NCBI GenBank assembly: GCA_048213135.1
Contig: PS015020.1
Location: forward strand, 330,430 to 372,996
Direction of reading: 5' to 3'
Length of the DNA stretch: 42,567 bases
Source: Reclinomonas americana ATCC 50394
Taxonomy: Eukaryota
Position 1 is the stretch's first letter. The number at the start of each line of letters is the position of its first letter. The notes under the pieces were generated by a model that saw only the letters and a list, made by a program, of their open reading frames with translations, made no database searches and had not been told where the DNA came from. Made by a program: the position numbers and the translations under genes. Shown here piece by piece: positions 25,120-37,200 of this stretch.

Positions 25120-28100
25120 GTGCAATGTAAGCGACAGGAGTTCTCGAAGAAACTGCGACACGAAAAGCGCGTGAAGACCGTCAGGCCCGGTGTCAGCGAC
25201 GATGCAGCGAATCCGGAGGCCGCCACACGAATCAGTGCTTGTCCACCGTAGTCCAGTGGCGACTCGCCGGGCAACTGCAAGCATAAGAGTGTTGAGCTCG
25301 CGGGCCATGCAAGCAGACGATGAATGTCGCCGCCCACGCACCTTGCCAATAAGTGCAGAAACACAGATCTGTTCCAGAATGCCCTTGGCTGGTTTGACCA
25401 CCTCAGAGAATGTGACAAGGTCCACCGGGTCGCTAGCGGCACTGAAAAGCACCACATCCACGATGCGCAGCAAATCCTACATGCCAAGAAACACTACCAC
25501 GTGAGCATGCTGCTGGGAGAGAAGCAAGGGGAAGGTGCGGAAGAATCGAGACCTTTTGCTCCGTTTGCGAGAACGCGGCAGTACCGTCGGCCAGTGGTTT
25601 CGCCAAACCAACGGTTTCCAGCAGAGCGCTCTTGAGGACTGACGACTTGGGCGAGAGGAACCGGAACAGCCTGCAAAGCGACGATCGTCAACAAGCATCA
25701 ACCAATACTTCTCAGGTGAAATCACAGTACGCACGATGAAGCGAGATCGCCACAAGTCAGCAACAGACGACCAACTTCGGGCTCGCTGAGCACGTTGATA
25801 AAGTTCGACGACGTACGGCAAGCTGACACAGCCATCCACACGCCGTACTCGACCTTGTCGGCGGAAACGCCCTCCATGTTCAGCACTTGAGAGCCCCACG
25901 AGCCGTCGAGAATCGACAGAGCGAAAACGGCACGTGCGGCATACGTGACGGCCTCTTCAAAGTTCGTCGGCAGCGGCAACGAAGCCAGTTGATCAGTCTC
26001 CTGCGTAAACTGTGTGGCGCGGCCAAGTACTGTGCTGAGCATTTCACGCGGCTTGACGACCACTGTCGTGCTGATCGATGACCTGTGTGGCGAATTCGAG
26101 AATGTGTGAGCATTTTAGCAGGGAATGATCAACGTTGGTGGCGACGCAACGAGGCCTGCAGGTTGTCGCGGGCCGTGACTGTCAGCCTCAGTGCGTTGCC
26201 CTGCAAGCGATCGCCACGAGCGAGCTGCATGAGGGGGAAATTTGGTGACTTTTGCACGGCTCGAATGATGCGACGGCCGGATTCGGAGTCAATATACGAC
26301 AGCGTGTACGTCAACGGCAAGCTGTTGAAGCAGATGAGACACTCTCTCGGCGACTAGGCAAATGGCAAACGTAGCACACGCAACTCCGTGTCGACGAAAC
26401 CCGGTGCCTTGATCTGGAACATGGTGTCACGCTCAATGCCGGACAACGGGTACGACGTGATTACTGCCCGCGAGGTATCCGGCGGCAAGTTGATCTCCAG
26501 TGTCAGCGTGCCAACAGCCAATACTGCGAGAGGAAACCCCCCAACAACCGCTGTCAGCCACTGCGAACGAAAAGCAAGTACGAGTACCGATCCGCGCTCA
26601 CCGGTCGCCTCGCCGCCCACAGGCAAGCGCGTTACGACAACATCAAAAGCGTACGTGTGGCCGCCAGTCAGCGTGTTCGGCGCAACGCGGACGGACACTG
26701 GGTAGCCAGTGTCGTCGGGCACAAAAGAGAACGACTCCGGGCGCATCTCCACTGCTTCGCCAGTGGTGAGATCTGCGCGTGTCCAAATGTGAGAAGAGCG
26801 GTCAAGCAAAGAGGAAACGAAGGTGACTGCGCAGCAAAATACGAACCGCGCAATGACCACGTGTACGTGAGCGGTGCTTGCACGGGCGACTTGACGGCTG
26901 TGGTGATGGCCACCGTTTGGTCTGGGTTGACGCGACGGAAACGCATGCCGGGCGATACCACGGACTGCGAATGTCCACCAGCGGTGTGAAAACGGCGAAA
27001 AAAGAGAACGAAAGGAAGGTGATGCGCACACAGTTGCGCGTACAGACCTCCATGGCGATTCCCAGCGGACCGACTTGGAACGACGTCGAGGCCTTGCTGC
27101 TTCGGTATTGGCCGTTGGTCAGCCGGGCCGTGAAGACGTACCTGCCGACGACGCAATGTGAGAGGAGACGATGCACGAGAGGCGGCGCATAGATTTTTAC
27201 GCAACATGCCAGCATGAATCAACTCGGAGCCCAACAGAGTCAAAAAGGGCGATGTGTGAGTGGCCACACGATCGAACGGACAGTCCTCAATCGGTTTCTC
27301 CGGCAGCTCTTGGTAGGTGCACGACCACGACAAGGAGATTGGCGGAAGTCCCTTCGTGCATTGCGTGTAAGGAAAAGAGTGGCTGCAGAGAGAGTTGAAT
27401 GATAAATACAGTACCTGCACGGGGTACGAGCCAGCGTCTTGGTCCACGTAGACCGCCTCCAGAGTTCGCGGATCACCAACCAGCGTCGTTCCGTCGCCAC
27501 CATCAATGCGAAGATCAATGGGGCGAGCCACTACATGCGAGGTTAACATGTCAGGCTTAACAGCATCCACAATCTGCACACAATAAGCTCTCACCAATCA
27601 CTTCGGCCTCCCAACCACGCTGGCCGAGCGGCGGCTTTGGCCAGCCAGAAATGTACCACAAGCCAAGAATCTGATAGTCCGCCTGCAGCACAATGCTCTC
27701 CGCCTCATCATGTCGCCCGGTCCACGTCTCCAGAGTCGCCTGCGTCCACGCCTCCACACGCGTCTCCGTCTCCACCGCCAAGTCAAAGCGATGGAAGCGG
27801 AGAACAAACGGGAAGATGGCTGGTGGATGATACGGGACCTCCTGCGCAAAGGAGACGGCGTGAGGGACACCACAAAACCACAGCACAAGAAGAGGCGCGA
27901 GGCGAACCCGATAGAGAATGAACTCGCGCGAGTGTGAGCTGGCGTACTGCTCGAAGGGAGCGCTGCCGTCGGAAATGGTATACGTGAAGCCGGGAACCAT
28001 TCGTTTCCAGATAATGTCCGCCACTGAGAATGCGAAGAGAGGATAGGATGAGTTCCATGATTTGTGGATACATGCAATAAAATAGAAGACGCACATCCGT

Positions 28101-31100
28101 CAACCACGGGTCCATCGATCCATCCTTGTGCGGCATTGAAAAACATGCACATGCGATACTGCTCCCGCTCCAATGCCACGAAATCATACATGCCAATCAG
28201 CAAGTCGGCGGAGCGGCCATTGTCGCTAATACCGGTGACGGTGAACGACACACGCACGGTGAGGTGGGCCGTCGTATCCTGGCAGGACTCGTAGAAGCGC
28301 ACAAACGTGAACGAGTCGCCAGCGGTAAGACCGCCAACACCACTGTGTAGGGTGGCTGGCGTGGTGGTTCGCACATACAGCTCGGGAATCGAGAGCGTAA
28401 TGTCCGTCGACTCGGGTGCTACAGTGGGGCAGAATGAGCACAACAGGAACTGCAGTGAAGGACAGCCTGAGCGTCAACGTACCAATGTCAAACACGGCTG
28501 CCGTGGCGACGGGTCCGGCATTCGGCACGTCGCCGGCAAAATCGACGCACAGCTTGTATCCGTTGCGCACAATGGGCGTGCTGAGCTCCGCGACAGCGAT
28601 GCTCAGTGACGCCTGACGACCAAAGTCGCTGACGCTCTTGCAGGTGACTGTGATGTCGACAATGACGCTGGCCGAATCGGTGCAGGCGGCGGTAACAGGC
28701 ACCACAAAGTAGTGATCCTGCGGCAGCAGACCGCCGTCACCATTGCTGGTGACACTGACTTCGGTGGTTGCACGCAGCGGCAGGAATCCCGAGTTCACGG
28801 TCAGCGAGTTGACGTCCGGAGCTGCGAACAAACACAGATAGTGGATGAGACATGCGAGGCAAATACATGATATGTGCAGGTGGGTGACGCACAAACAAAG
28901 AGGTACTTGAGGGCAGCACCCATGCCAGCCGAGCTCTCCGCGAGAAACACGCGGCCCGTCTGTGTGTCAACCGCCATGCTCGAAATGGGAGACAGGCTGA
29001 CTGTGGCACCGGGGCACGAGGGAGCATTGTCCAGCGCCGGCACCGCGACTCCAATGAGGTTTTTCTGCAGAGATGTGAGACACTTGTTGGCACGAGGGCT
29101 CAATGGTCGAACGCACCATATTGATGCAACCAGAAGGGGTTTCATGACCGGCGACTTGCGTGCCCACCAATGTGGGATTGACGGGGTCGAGCACCCAAAT
29201 CTGAGAACACAGAAAACCGAGGATGTCAGTCTTTCTTTCTTTCCTTTTCCCTCAAAAAAAGACACAGACCTGCCCGTTCATCGCGTCGGCGACATACAAA
29301 TTACCGTCGACGCCAGTGGCCAGCGCTTGCGCGGCCCAGGGAACCACGCGCGTAATAGTGTCGATCCTGACGGTCTGTGCATCCACCCAGCGCAGCTGAC
29401 CATTCGATTCGGTGTAGAACGTGTTGAGGCTCGGATACGGTTGCGCGGCCGACACTGGTGTCTGCACGCGGGCACTCGCCGCAGCGCCACCGTCGCCGCT
29501 AATGCCCTGTTGAATAAATAAGGAAATAAGTGATGAGTTTAGTCGACAGAACCGGTCCGGTCACCACACGAGGGAAAAAGACGCAACTGGCACACCCGTG
29601 CCAACCAGGGCGGTCGGGTAGGCGCCGGGCAAGTAAATGGCAAACACCGACGCCTCCTCGGAGAGGGTCGTATTCGTAGTCATGTCGTAACCATCTACTG
29701 TGGTGCTGACCGACGTGCTCAGCAGCCACATTGTGTCGGCGCCAATGGCGGGGTTGAGCGACGTGTAGTGACCGCCGAGACGACCGGTGAGCAACTGCGT
29801 GTCGCAGCAGTGCGAGTCGGAGTCGTAGTTGGCCGAGCTGATGAGTCCCGTGTCCATGTCGACCACTCGCAGGGGTTTGCGACCGAACTGCATGAGGGAA
29901 GAGAGGAAAAGGGGGAAAGGGGGAAAGGGGGGAACGGGGGAAAGGGGAAAGGGGGAAGGGGGACGGGGGAATGAGAGAGAGGGTGAGAAGGGGAAAGGAG
30001 AGGGTGAGAAGGGGAAAGGAGAGAGAGGAGGGGGGTGCATTGAAGGTAAACGACGTGGTGCAGCATTCTGGAAGTGAATGTGTGAGAGAGACAGAAGGGA
30101 GAGAGAGATAAAGATGACAGGGGATCCATCATGATCCGCGGTGCAAATAACGGTGTATGCAGAATTTCAGTGAGTGAGCGAGAGAATAGGAGGTGAGAAA
30201 AGAGGGCGGGAGAGCGGAGTGCAACAAAGGAAAACGACGCGAGATCTTGTGAGAGACGGTACCTCGGCGACATACAGCTGCTTGCCGTCGAGGCTGAACG
30301 CCAAGCCCACGGGCTCCTGTGAAACGAGAGAAGGATGCGTGAGAAAAGCGAGAAGGGAAACAAAGAGACCCACACACAGACAGACCAACAACGTGGCACT
30401 GGTGGCCGCGATATCCTCCGCGTCGGGCGTGGTGGCCACTCCGGCGACTCCGCACTGCCCAATCACCACTTGTGCGACCGCGGCATTCGGTGGCAGCGGA
30501 ACCCGATAGCAGCAGTGTGCAAATCTCTGGAGCACAAAGTGAGTGAGTGGAGACAGCAGAAAACAGAGGGAGAGAGAGAGATGAGAAAAAAACGCAACAT
30601 CGCAAACGTATGGTTCATGACTGATGGGGTTCACTGCAAACGAATGGGTGAGTAGGTGCGACTTAAAGTGTGTCGCCTAGTGCGCCTTATCCGACGCCTA
30701 AAGTGCACAAAAGGAGAGAAGGAAGCGAAGAGAAGAGAGAGTCAATCTCTGCTGTTGTGTGAGGTGCACAAAGGAGAGAGAAGGCTGCTCTCAATCTCCA
30801 CAATCAGTCGTGCACTTACTCTCTCATGCATGCTCGTGTGTGCACAGAGACAGAGAGAGAGAGAGGAGGGTGAGTGAGCAGTCAGAGAGAGACCAGTCAG
30901 AGAGATGCACGCATCTTGCTCCGAATGTGCTGCTGTCACTCTCTCACTCTCTCTCTCTCTCTCTCTTACACACACACACACTCTCACTCTCTCTTCTGTC
31001 CACACTCTCACTCTCTCTTCTGTCCACACTCTCACACACTCACACACTCACACACTCAACATTCACTCACTCTCCATCTTGTATTGGGGGTGCATGTCAC

Positions 31101-31316
31101 TCAATACTCCCTCTCTCTCTCTGCTCTCTGCTCTCTCCCTCTCTCACACACACCTGCCACTGTTCTCAGCGTGTCACCCGCCGACGGCGCGAAGCCCAGA
31201 TCGACTCCCGTGATGTAAAACGTAGGCACAATGCCGCGCACCGCCACCGCCATCACCAACACCGCAACAACCGCAGTGATCGTGGCGATAACATGCGCTT
31301 TTCGTGCCCTTATCAT
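20567..31316 (-). CDS. Giant polycystin-1/PKDREJ-like receptor: signal peptide, NHL-like propeller, two Cys-containing Ig-like repeats, CUB, REJ, GAIN/GPS, ~5 TM (many exons)
   Basis: Signal MIRARKAHVIATITAVVAVLVMAVAVRG; NHL-like GLAFSLDGKQLYVAE, LATGVDGNLYVAD, MAVDTQTGRVFLAE; REJ DLRIDGGDG..DQD..LSWSC, NTLTGGHTYAFDV, PLSGIERDTMFQI; GPS CVYWDE...SDGC...CACNHMTDF; DHTLLSSF...FRKYQKL; LPYTLVYIAMASLWLLG; end DWFFNEPLKILVAVMFG...SPTRR*. Confidence 0.82.
24035..24240 (-). other. GPS autoproteolysis motif of gene 4
   Basis: CVYWDE | ..FRSDGCSAYLEVQPGGNVTRIHCACNHMTDF; HMT at 24059-24051. Confidence 0.9.
24825..25116. repeat. (GA)n microsatellites flanking a gap (N 24976-24995) in a gene 4 intron
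   Basis: Direct observation. Confidence 0.9.
27603..28020 (-). other. Divergent CUB domain of gene 4
   Basis: TISDGS...YASSHSREFIL...LRFHRFDL...WTG...GQRGWEAE matches the gene 3 CUB pattern and has the same position before REJ. Confidence 0.6.
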
Positions 31317-31524
31317 GGCGACGAGACGAGGAGAGATGCACGCTCCTGACTGTGCTTTTTTGACTTTTTTGACTGTCTAGAAGTCTGTCAGTGTCATCAA
31401 GTCCGCATCGCCTTTTGCAGCGCAGCCATTGCTGAGTTACATGATAGTTGTCCGCCTTGAGATGAGCACCAGCGGCCTTGGAGGAAGTGGAGAGAAAAAG
31501 GCACAGGTGGAGAGTTCTGCGCGC

Positions 31525-31888
31525 GACGTCGACGTCGACATATGCATTATCCAAATTTGGTCATCCGCAAAGCATTGACAACTGATGACACGCGAGTGCA
31601 GCCACGTATCTGTACACCAGTGGCCTTGGTGAATGTGGAGAGCGAGAGGAGAGCTTCATTCAACGTTGACGTCGACTTTATCCAAATTTGGTCATGCCAA
31701 AACTTTGACAACTATACGCGAGTGCAACCATGTGTCTACAGCTATACACCCGCGACCTTGGTGAATGTGGGGAGAGAGAGAGAGAGCTTCATTCAACGTC
31801 GACGTCGACATTATCCAAATATAGTCATCCCAAAAACTTTGCAGCTGTCTTGAGGAGCGAGTGCAATTGCGCAACCATGTGTCTACAG
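31525..31888. repeat. Imperfect ~132-bp tandem repeat (about 2.7 copies), intergenic
   Basis: TTATCCAAAT(T/A)T(G/A)GTCAT at 31547, 31678 and 31811; CCTTGGTGAATGTGG...GAGAGCTTCATTCAACGT occurs twice. Confidence 0.9.
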
Positions 31889-32149
31889 AACGCCAATCTG
31901 GAGTAATGCTTGTGGCTTCTCTTGCAGAAATGCCAGCAGCAGATTTCGACTTTTTTCTCGTCATGACAATGCAGCATTGTTGTTGTTGTCGAGCTGGTGA
32001 TTCGCGCGTGCTTCAAGACATTTCCCGGTGCATCGTACACAACGAACATGCAGTCAACGAGGTGCGGCATCCTCATGCCTAGATTTTGATAAACTATTCA
32101 CTTTCTTGTTTTTCCCACTCTCTCTCTCTCTCTCTCTCTCTCCCACAAA

Positions 32150-34270
32150 TTACTTGCCCGTTGGTGACGTGGCGCCCGGTGGCGGCTTCACCTCTCGAGG
32201 TTCGCAACGCAGCGAGGCCTTGTCTTGCTCGATCTCCGACAGCACCGGCATGTTGGTGAGCCAGTGGAGCAAATCTACCACCACCTACGTCAGTCCACTT
32301 CCACACAAACAAGCACACACCGAAACAGACGTAACATGGTACAGGGGTGATGGCATACGGCGTCTGCTGGTAAAAGGCGACCTCCTTGATAATGGCGGCG
32401 ATCTTCTTGTACTTGAAAAAGTTGACCATCTTGGTGTCGCCGACAAACGGCACGTTCTCGTCCAGGTGCACCAACAGCGTCAAGAAGGAGCCGACAAACG
32501 GAATCGAGGGTGGGAAGGCGGCCTTGACCGCCGCGCGGAGCTTGCCGTTGTTGGCGTCGAACGAGGAGAGGTCCTCCAGCGCGGTCACCATTTCCTGCTT
32601 GCGCTTCGACACCATGGCCTTCATCTTCTTCAGCCGATGGATCGGCGCCGACGTGAGGCCCATAACAATGGCCAACAGCGTGCTGAAATTGTGCAACGGC
32701 GAGCGACAACACTGCACGACACGACACGACTCGCAAGCCATGAGCACCAATGTGGGGAGGAGGCACTGAGAGACAGAGAAGTACTGACCTCGGCAATCTC
32801 GATCCACTTGCCGTACACCTTCTTGCGCCGGTACGCATCCTCCTCCGAGACAATCGACGACGCCACAAACCACGTCACCATGGTGGAGCGACGAATGAGA
32901 CGAATAATGTTCGGAGCGATTTCCATCTTGGTGGGTCGCGTCCACGCCTGGCGAATGAATTCGCGCGGCTGAATGCGACGGTACAACGAGTACTCGACCA
33001 GAGTCAGCTGGCGCGCCAACTCCATTGAATTCCACTGCAGCAAGTTGAGCGGGGCCGCACGGCTGACCAGTCGCAAGTACTTGCGCGGCAGCAGAGGCGG
33101 CGCCAAATTCACCACCACGAATTTCATCCAGTCCAAGTCGCTCGTCTGGCCACTGCCCAGCAACTGTAGCGATAGGAGTGAGACAGGCGTCGGAAAAGCA
33201 GCACCCCCCTCTCTCGCTCCCTCTCACCTCCTTGAGAAGCGCACGCTGCAGGATTTTGGCACTGCTGCGCTGGTGCGTGGCCATGAACATGTCGCAGAAT
33301 CGCGTCAGTCGTGCAATTAGTGGCACGTCCAAATTGTAAAACTGCTGATCGACAATCTTGCGGAGCACGCCGAGCACACTGCGTGACATGACGACACAGC
33401 AATGAGGCAAGATATCGACATTGATCAATGGTCAACCGCCTGGCATACCGTGTACGACTGGCATTGCTGTCGCGTTCGTCGCCTCTTGCAAACTCCGGGG
33501 CAGCAATATATCGCAACATTAGCTGCTGGATGAGTTCGGTTGGAGTGGTGAACCAGCGGTACGTCAGCAGGAACTCGGTGGAGAATGCTTGGCCTGTGAC
33601 GCGCGCAATCAGTGAGGAGAACAACAAGGAGAGGTGGGGAAGACTGCGACATGGAGAAGAGAAAAGAAAAAGAATACCGCAGACGAAGAGGAAACGCAGA
33701 AAATAACAGGAGTGACGGGAAATTAAAGAAACAACAACAACAACAAGAAACAAGAACGAATGAAGAAGACGAAGGGAGAGAGAGAACAGAGAGAGAATGC
33801 GAAAACATCAAGGACGACAATAAACAGGAGGAGATACTCAAAGAAAGCACAACAAAGACCCGGGGACGAATGAAGGTGGAGAGAGAGAGAGAGAGAGGAA
33901 GAGACAATGCCGAAGACAACGATGAAAGGAGGAGAAACTGACGAAAACACGGCAGAGATCAATGACGACTAAATGTAGTGAAAACAAAGAGAGAGAGAAA
34001 CGAGAAACCAGAGCTAAAATATATAAAGTCACAGCAGCCTGATTCACGCACTTTCTGTCTCATTCCCATTTCCTCCCTTTTCCCTCTAATTCCCCCTTTC
34101 CTCCCCTTTCCCTCCCATACGAACCGAAATTCTCGTGACTGGCCAACTTCTCAATCAGCTTCTCGACCGTGCCGGCGGCAATCTGACGCACGCCAGGTGC
34201 CTCCTGCGGCAGTGGCACTGCTCCCGATGCCCCGGCCGCGTTGTCGCCCTCCTCCTCCAGCTCGCCCTCA
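32150..34270 (-). other. REM + CDC25-homology RasGEF catalytic domain of gene 5
   Basis: Canonical CDC25 motifs present in order; intron 34124-33594 joins ENF|GQAFSTEFLLTY in frame. Confidence 0.93.
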
Positions 34271-37200
34271 AAGAGGATGACGGTCGGGCTGTCCTGCTCC
34301 ATGGTGGCAGCGATCCGTCGTGCATTCGTCACCTTGCACAAGAGTAAAATGCATGAGAACGGCAACAACAAGAAGTCACGTCGAGCAGTGACAGACCTCC
34401 TCATCAAACGTGCCCAGCACGCCGCCCGACGAAATCAGCGAGTCACGACGTCCGCCCGTCGATTGCGGCGCGGGCGGCGCACCGCCAATGACAATGGACA
34501 TCATGTCCTCGAGGCGGCGCAGGCCAAACTGCGCGAGGCCCTCGCGCAGATACAACCGTTCGCCCCACTGGCGCATGTGGGCCTCCAGTTCCGCATTCCA
34601 CCGCTCACATTCGGCCTCGTTGAGACCCTCGCCCAACTGCACAACAATGAGATTGTCGGTGGGAGCGTGAGGAAGCACAGTGGCGGGCGACTGCACGACA
34701 GACCTTGATCAAAATGTGCAACATAGACGTGACCTCCGGCTGTGTAAACAGCAGCGTCGGCATGCGGCAGTGCGACATTACGGCACTGAAGACAAGAATC
34801 CAACTGCGCTGTCCACGTTGCATCTCAGGAGCTCCTGTGTGCGACGGGGGAATGAGTTGCAAAAATCGAGAGCACCATCACACAACCGCACAACAAACCG
34901 TGGCAGTAGTGTCGCGAGAGAAGCGGGGCGTACAGGTTGAGGAAACAGGGTAGCGCGCTGGTGAATGCATGCTGCAGCGGCTTCGACAACTCCGAAAGCA
35001 GTGGGGTGGGGATCATGACCGAATCGCTGCGCGCACACACACACATAATTGGTAAGCACGAGGGACACACACATCCACAAAAAATGAGATCGCCAAACCT
35101 TCCACTGCCCAACGAGGACACCTCTGCGCTCATGACATCGCTCAAGCAGAAAATCGCTTGATGCAACATGGCGGCGGCCTCCTCCACCACCGACAGCATG
35201 GGGCCGGAGAGCGAGCCGTCAGCCAGAGAGCCACCGAGCTGGAAGGCCACTGAATCGGACTTGGCGGCGGCGGCAGTCGGCAGCTCGACCGACGGCGGCA
35301 TCAGCAGTGCCAGTGCGTGGCTGACTTGCGTCGACGGGGGCGGACACACGCACATGGCAATGGACAACATGTCCAAGGCCACCACGCCAGCCACATCACC
35401 AAACATCTGTTGGGAGGGAGGTGAGTATGCACGCCGTCGCTTTTTTCTTTCTTTCTTCATGGACGCAACGGCTGGTACGCCGGAAGAGCTCTCCACCGGG
35501 AAATCGGACTTGTCGACATCGTCGGGTCGCGCAAAGAGACGAATCACGTGATTGAGCAGGCGCACAAAATTGCACACGGCAGTGTACGTGAAACCGGCCA
35601 CCCATGTCCTACGCGCCCACGAAAGCAGTGAGGGACAAACAAAATAAAACAAAATGACCAAGCAAGCAGCTGCTGCCACGCAACACCAAGTACTTGCGCT
35701 CGAGGCTTCGCAGCAAATAAAGTACACAGAGGAGCAAGTCGCGCTGCGTCGCCAGAGGGAGGAACGGTACTTGCTGCACATCTTCGATAATCTGCGATGT
35801 AAGGCAGCAGGCATCGTGTCAGCCTATGCTCCGACACACTCCGTGCGTGTGTGTGTGGTTTCGCGACAACGCACCATTTGTAACAGTGGAATATACAAAC
35901 GCGCGACGCGATGCCGCGCTCCAGGATTCTGGTATCTAGCATCGAGATCGTGCTTCCGCAGCACGTGTCGCACAAGAGACACGGCCTGCAAGCACAATGA
36001 GCACCAACAAAAAAACAACGGCAAAAGTCATCTTTCCCCTCGTGCACGACGCACCTCGGATCGAATTACAGGAGACGGTTGGCGGAAGGCACGATCAAAC
36101 ACAAACGCCAGCCACTCGGGCAGACGCGGCAGCTCGTCAAACTCCGACCCAAGCGGACCGGGCACTGGAGACTGACTCAATTCCACCAACTCCGAGTGGT
36201 CCATCACCACGCGCAGGAACTCGAGCTGCACGCGCAGCGCGTACTGCGACACCGAAGTCAATAGTTGATCCAACTCGTCCTCCGGCTTGACTGCCTCGTC
36301 TGCTTTGGCCGTTGGTTTGGCCGTCAGCTGATACTCGACAGGAATGGACACCGGCAGCGGCTCCGGCGCCTTCTTCGACTGCTTGCGTGACTTGCCGTCC
36401 GCCGCCGCGGGCGCCTCCTCTTCCTCTTCTCCTTGTCCGAACTCCCAGGTGAAGCCAGAGGTCTCCATGAATGTCAGCACCTGTTGAACAAGGAGAGTTG
36501 AGACATGGATGCAAAAAGGCGTATCACTCGTGTCAAACAATAACACACCAGCTGCATGACCGTGGGCGTGTCCAACACTCCAAACAGATCGTTGATGAAG
36601 AGCGCCACGGCACGGACCATGCCCGTGGCCGTCGTGCTGGCACCCCGCTCTGCTACAGACGGTGGCTGCACCAGCAGGTCAATGGCGCGATGCGACACGC
36701 CCTCGATCACCAGCTGCAGCAGCTCACGCGTGCGGAACAACTGGTCACGACAATCACCATGAGTGCACTGCGCAGAGCATTCTCTCGCTCCCCACACACG
36801 CTTTCCACTCACATCCATGGCTGCCGTGTTGGGATCGCTGGCAGGGAGGCTCTTGAAATGCAACGCCAGGCTCTTGGCAATGAGATCAAACATGAACCAC
36901 GAGTAGGTGGACGAGTCGCGCAGAGCCTCCGACACGGTGTGCTCCTCGGCCAAGTTGGAAATGTTGGGTCGTGGAAGAGCAGCCTGAAACACCGAATGAT
37001 GAGCGAAAAAACATACAAATGCTGTGCAGAGCACACACATCAAAACGCACCCGTGCAGTAAAGCGACGCGTGTCGGCCAGCAAGTTGGCCTGCTCCAACA
37101 TGTCGACCTGCAACAGCGACAGTGTGTTGCAGAAACGGTGCAGAAGCAAGCCGTACTCCTGTCGCCGTGAGAGCACCGAGCTTTCGACCACCACCGACTC

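Noticed and set aside
31525-31888. Possible CRISPR array or ankyrin gene
   Set aside because: The whole unit repeats with no unique spacers, the context is eukaryotic, and the 132-nt period does not match the 99-nt ankyrin unit
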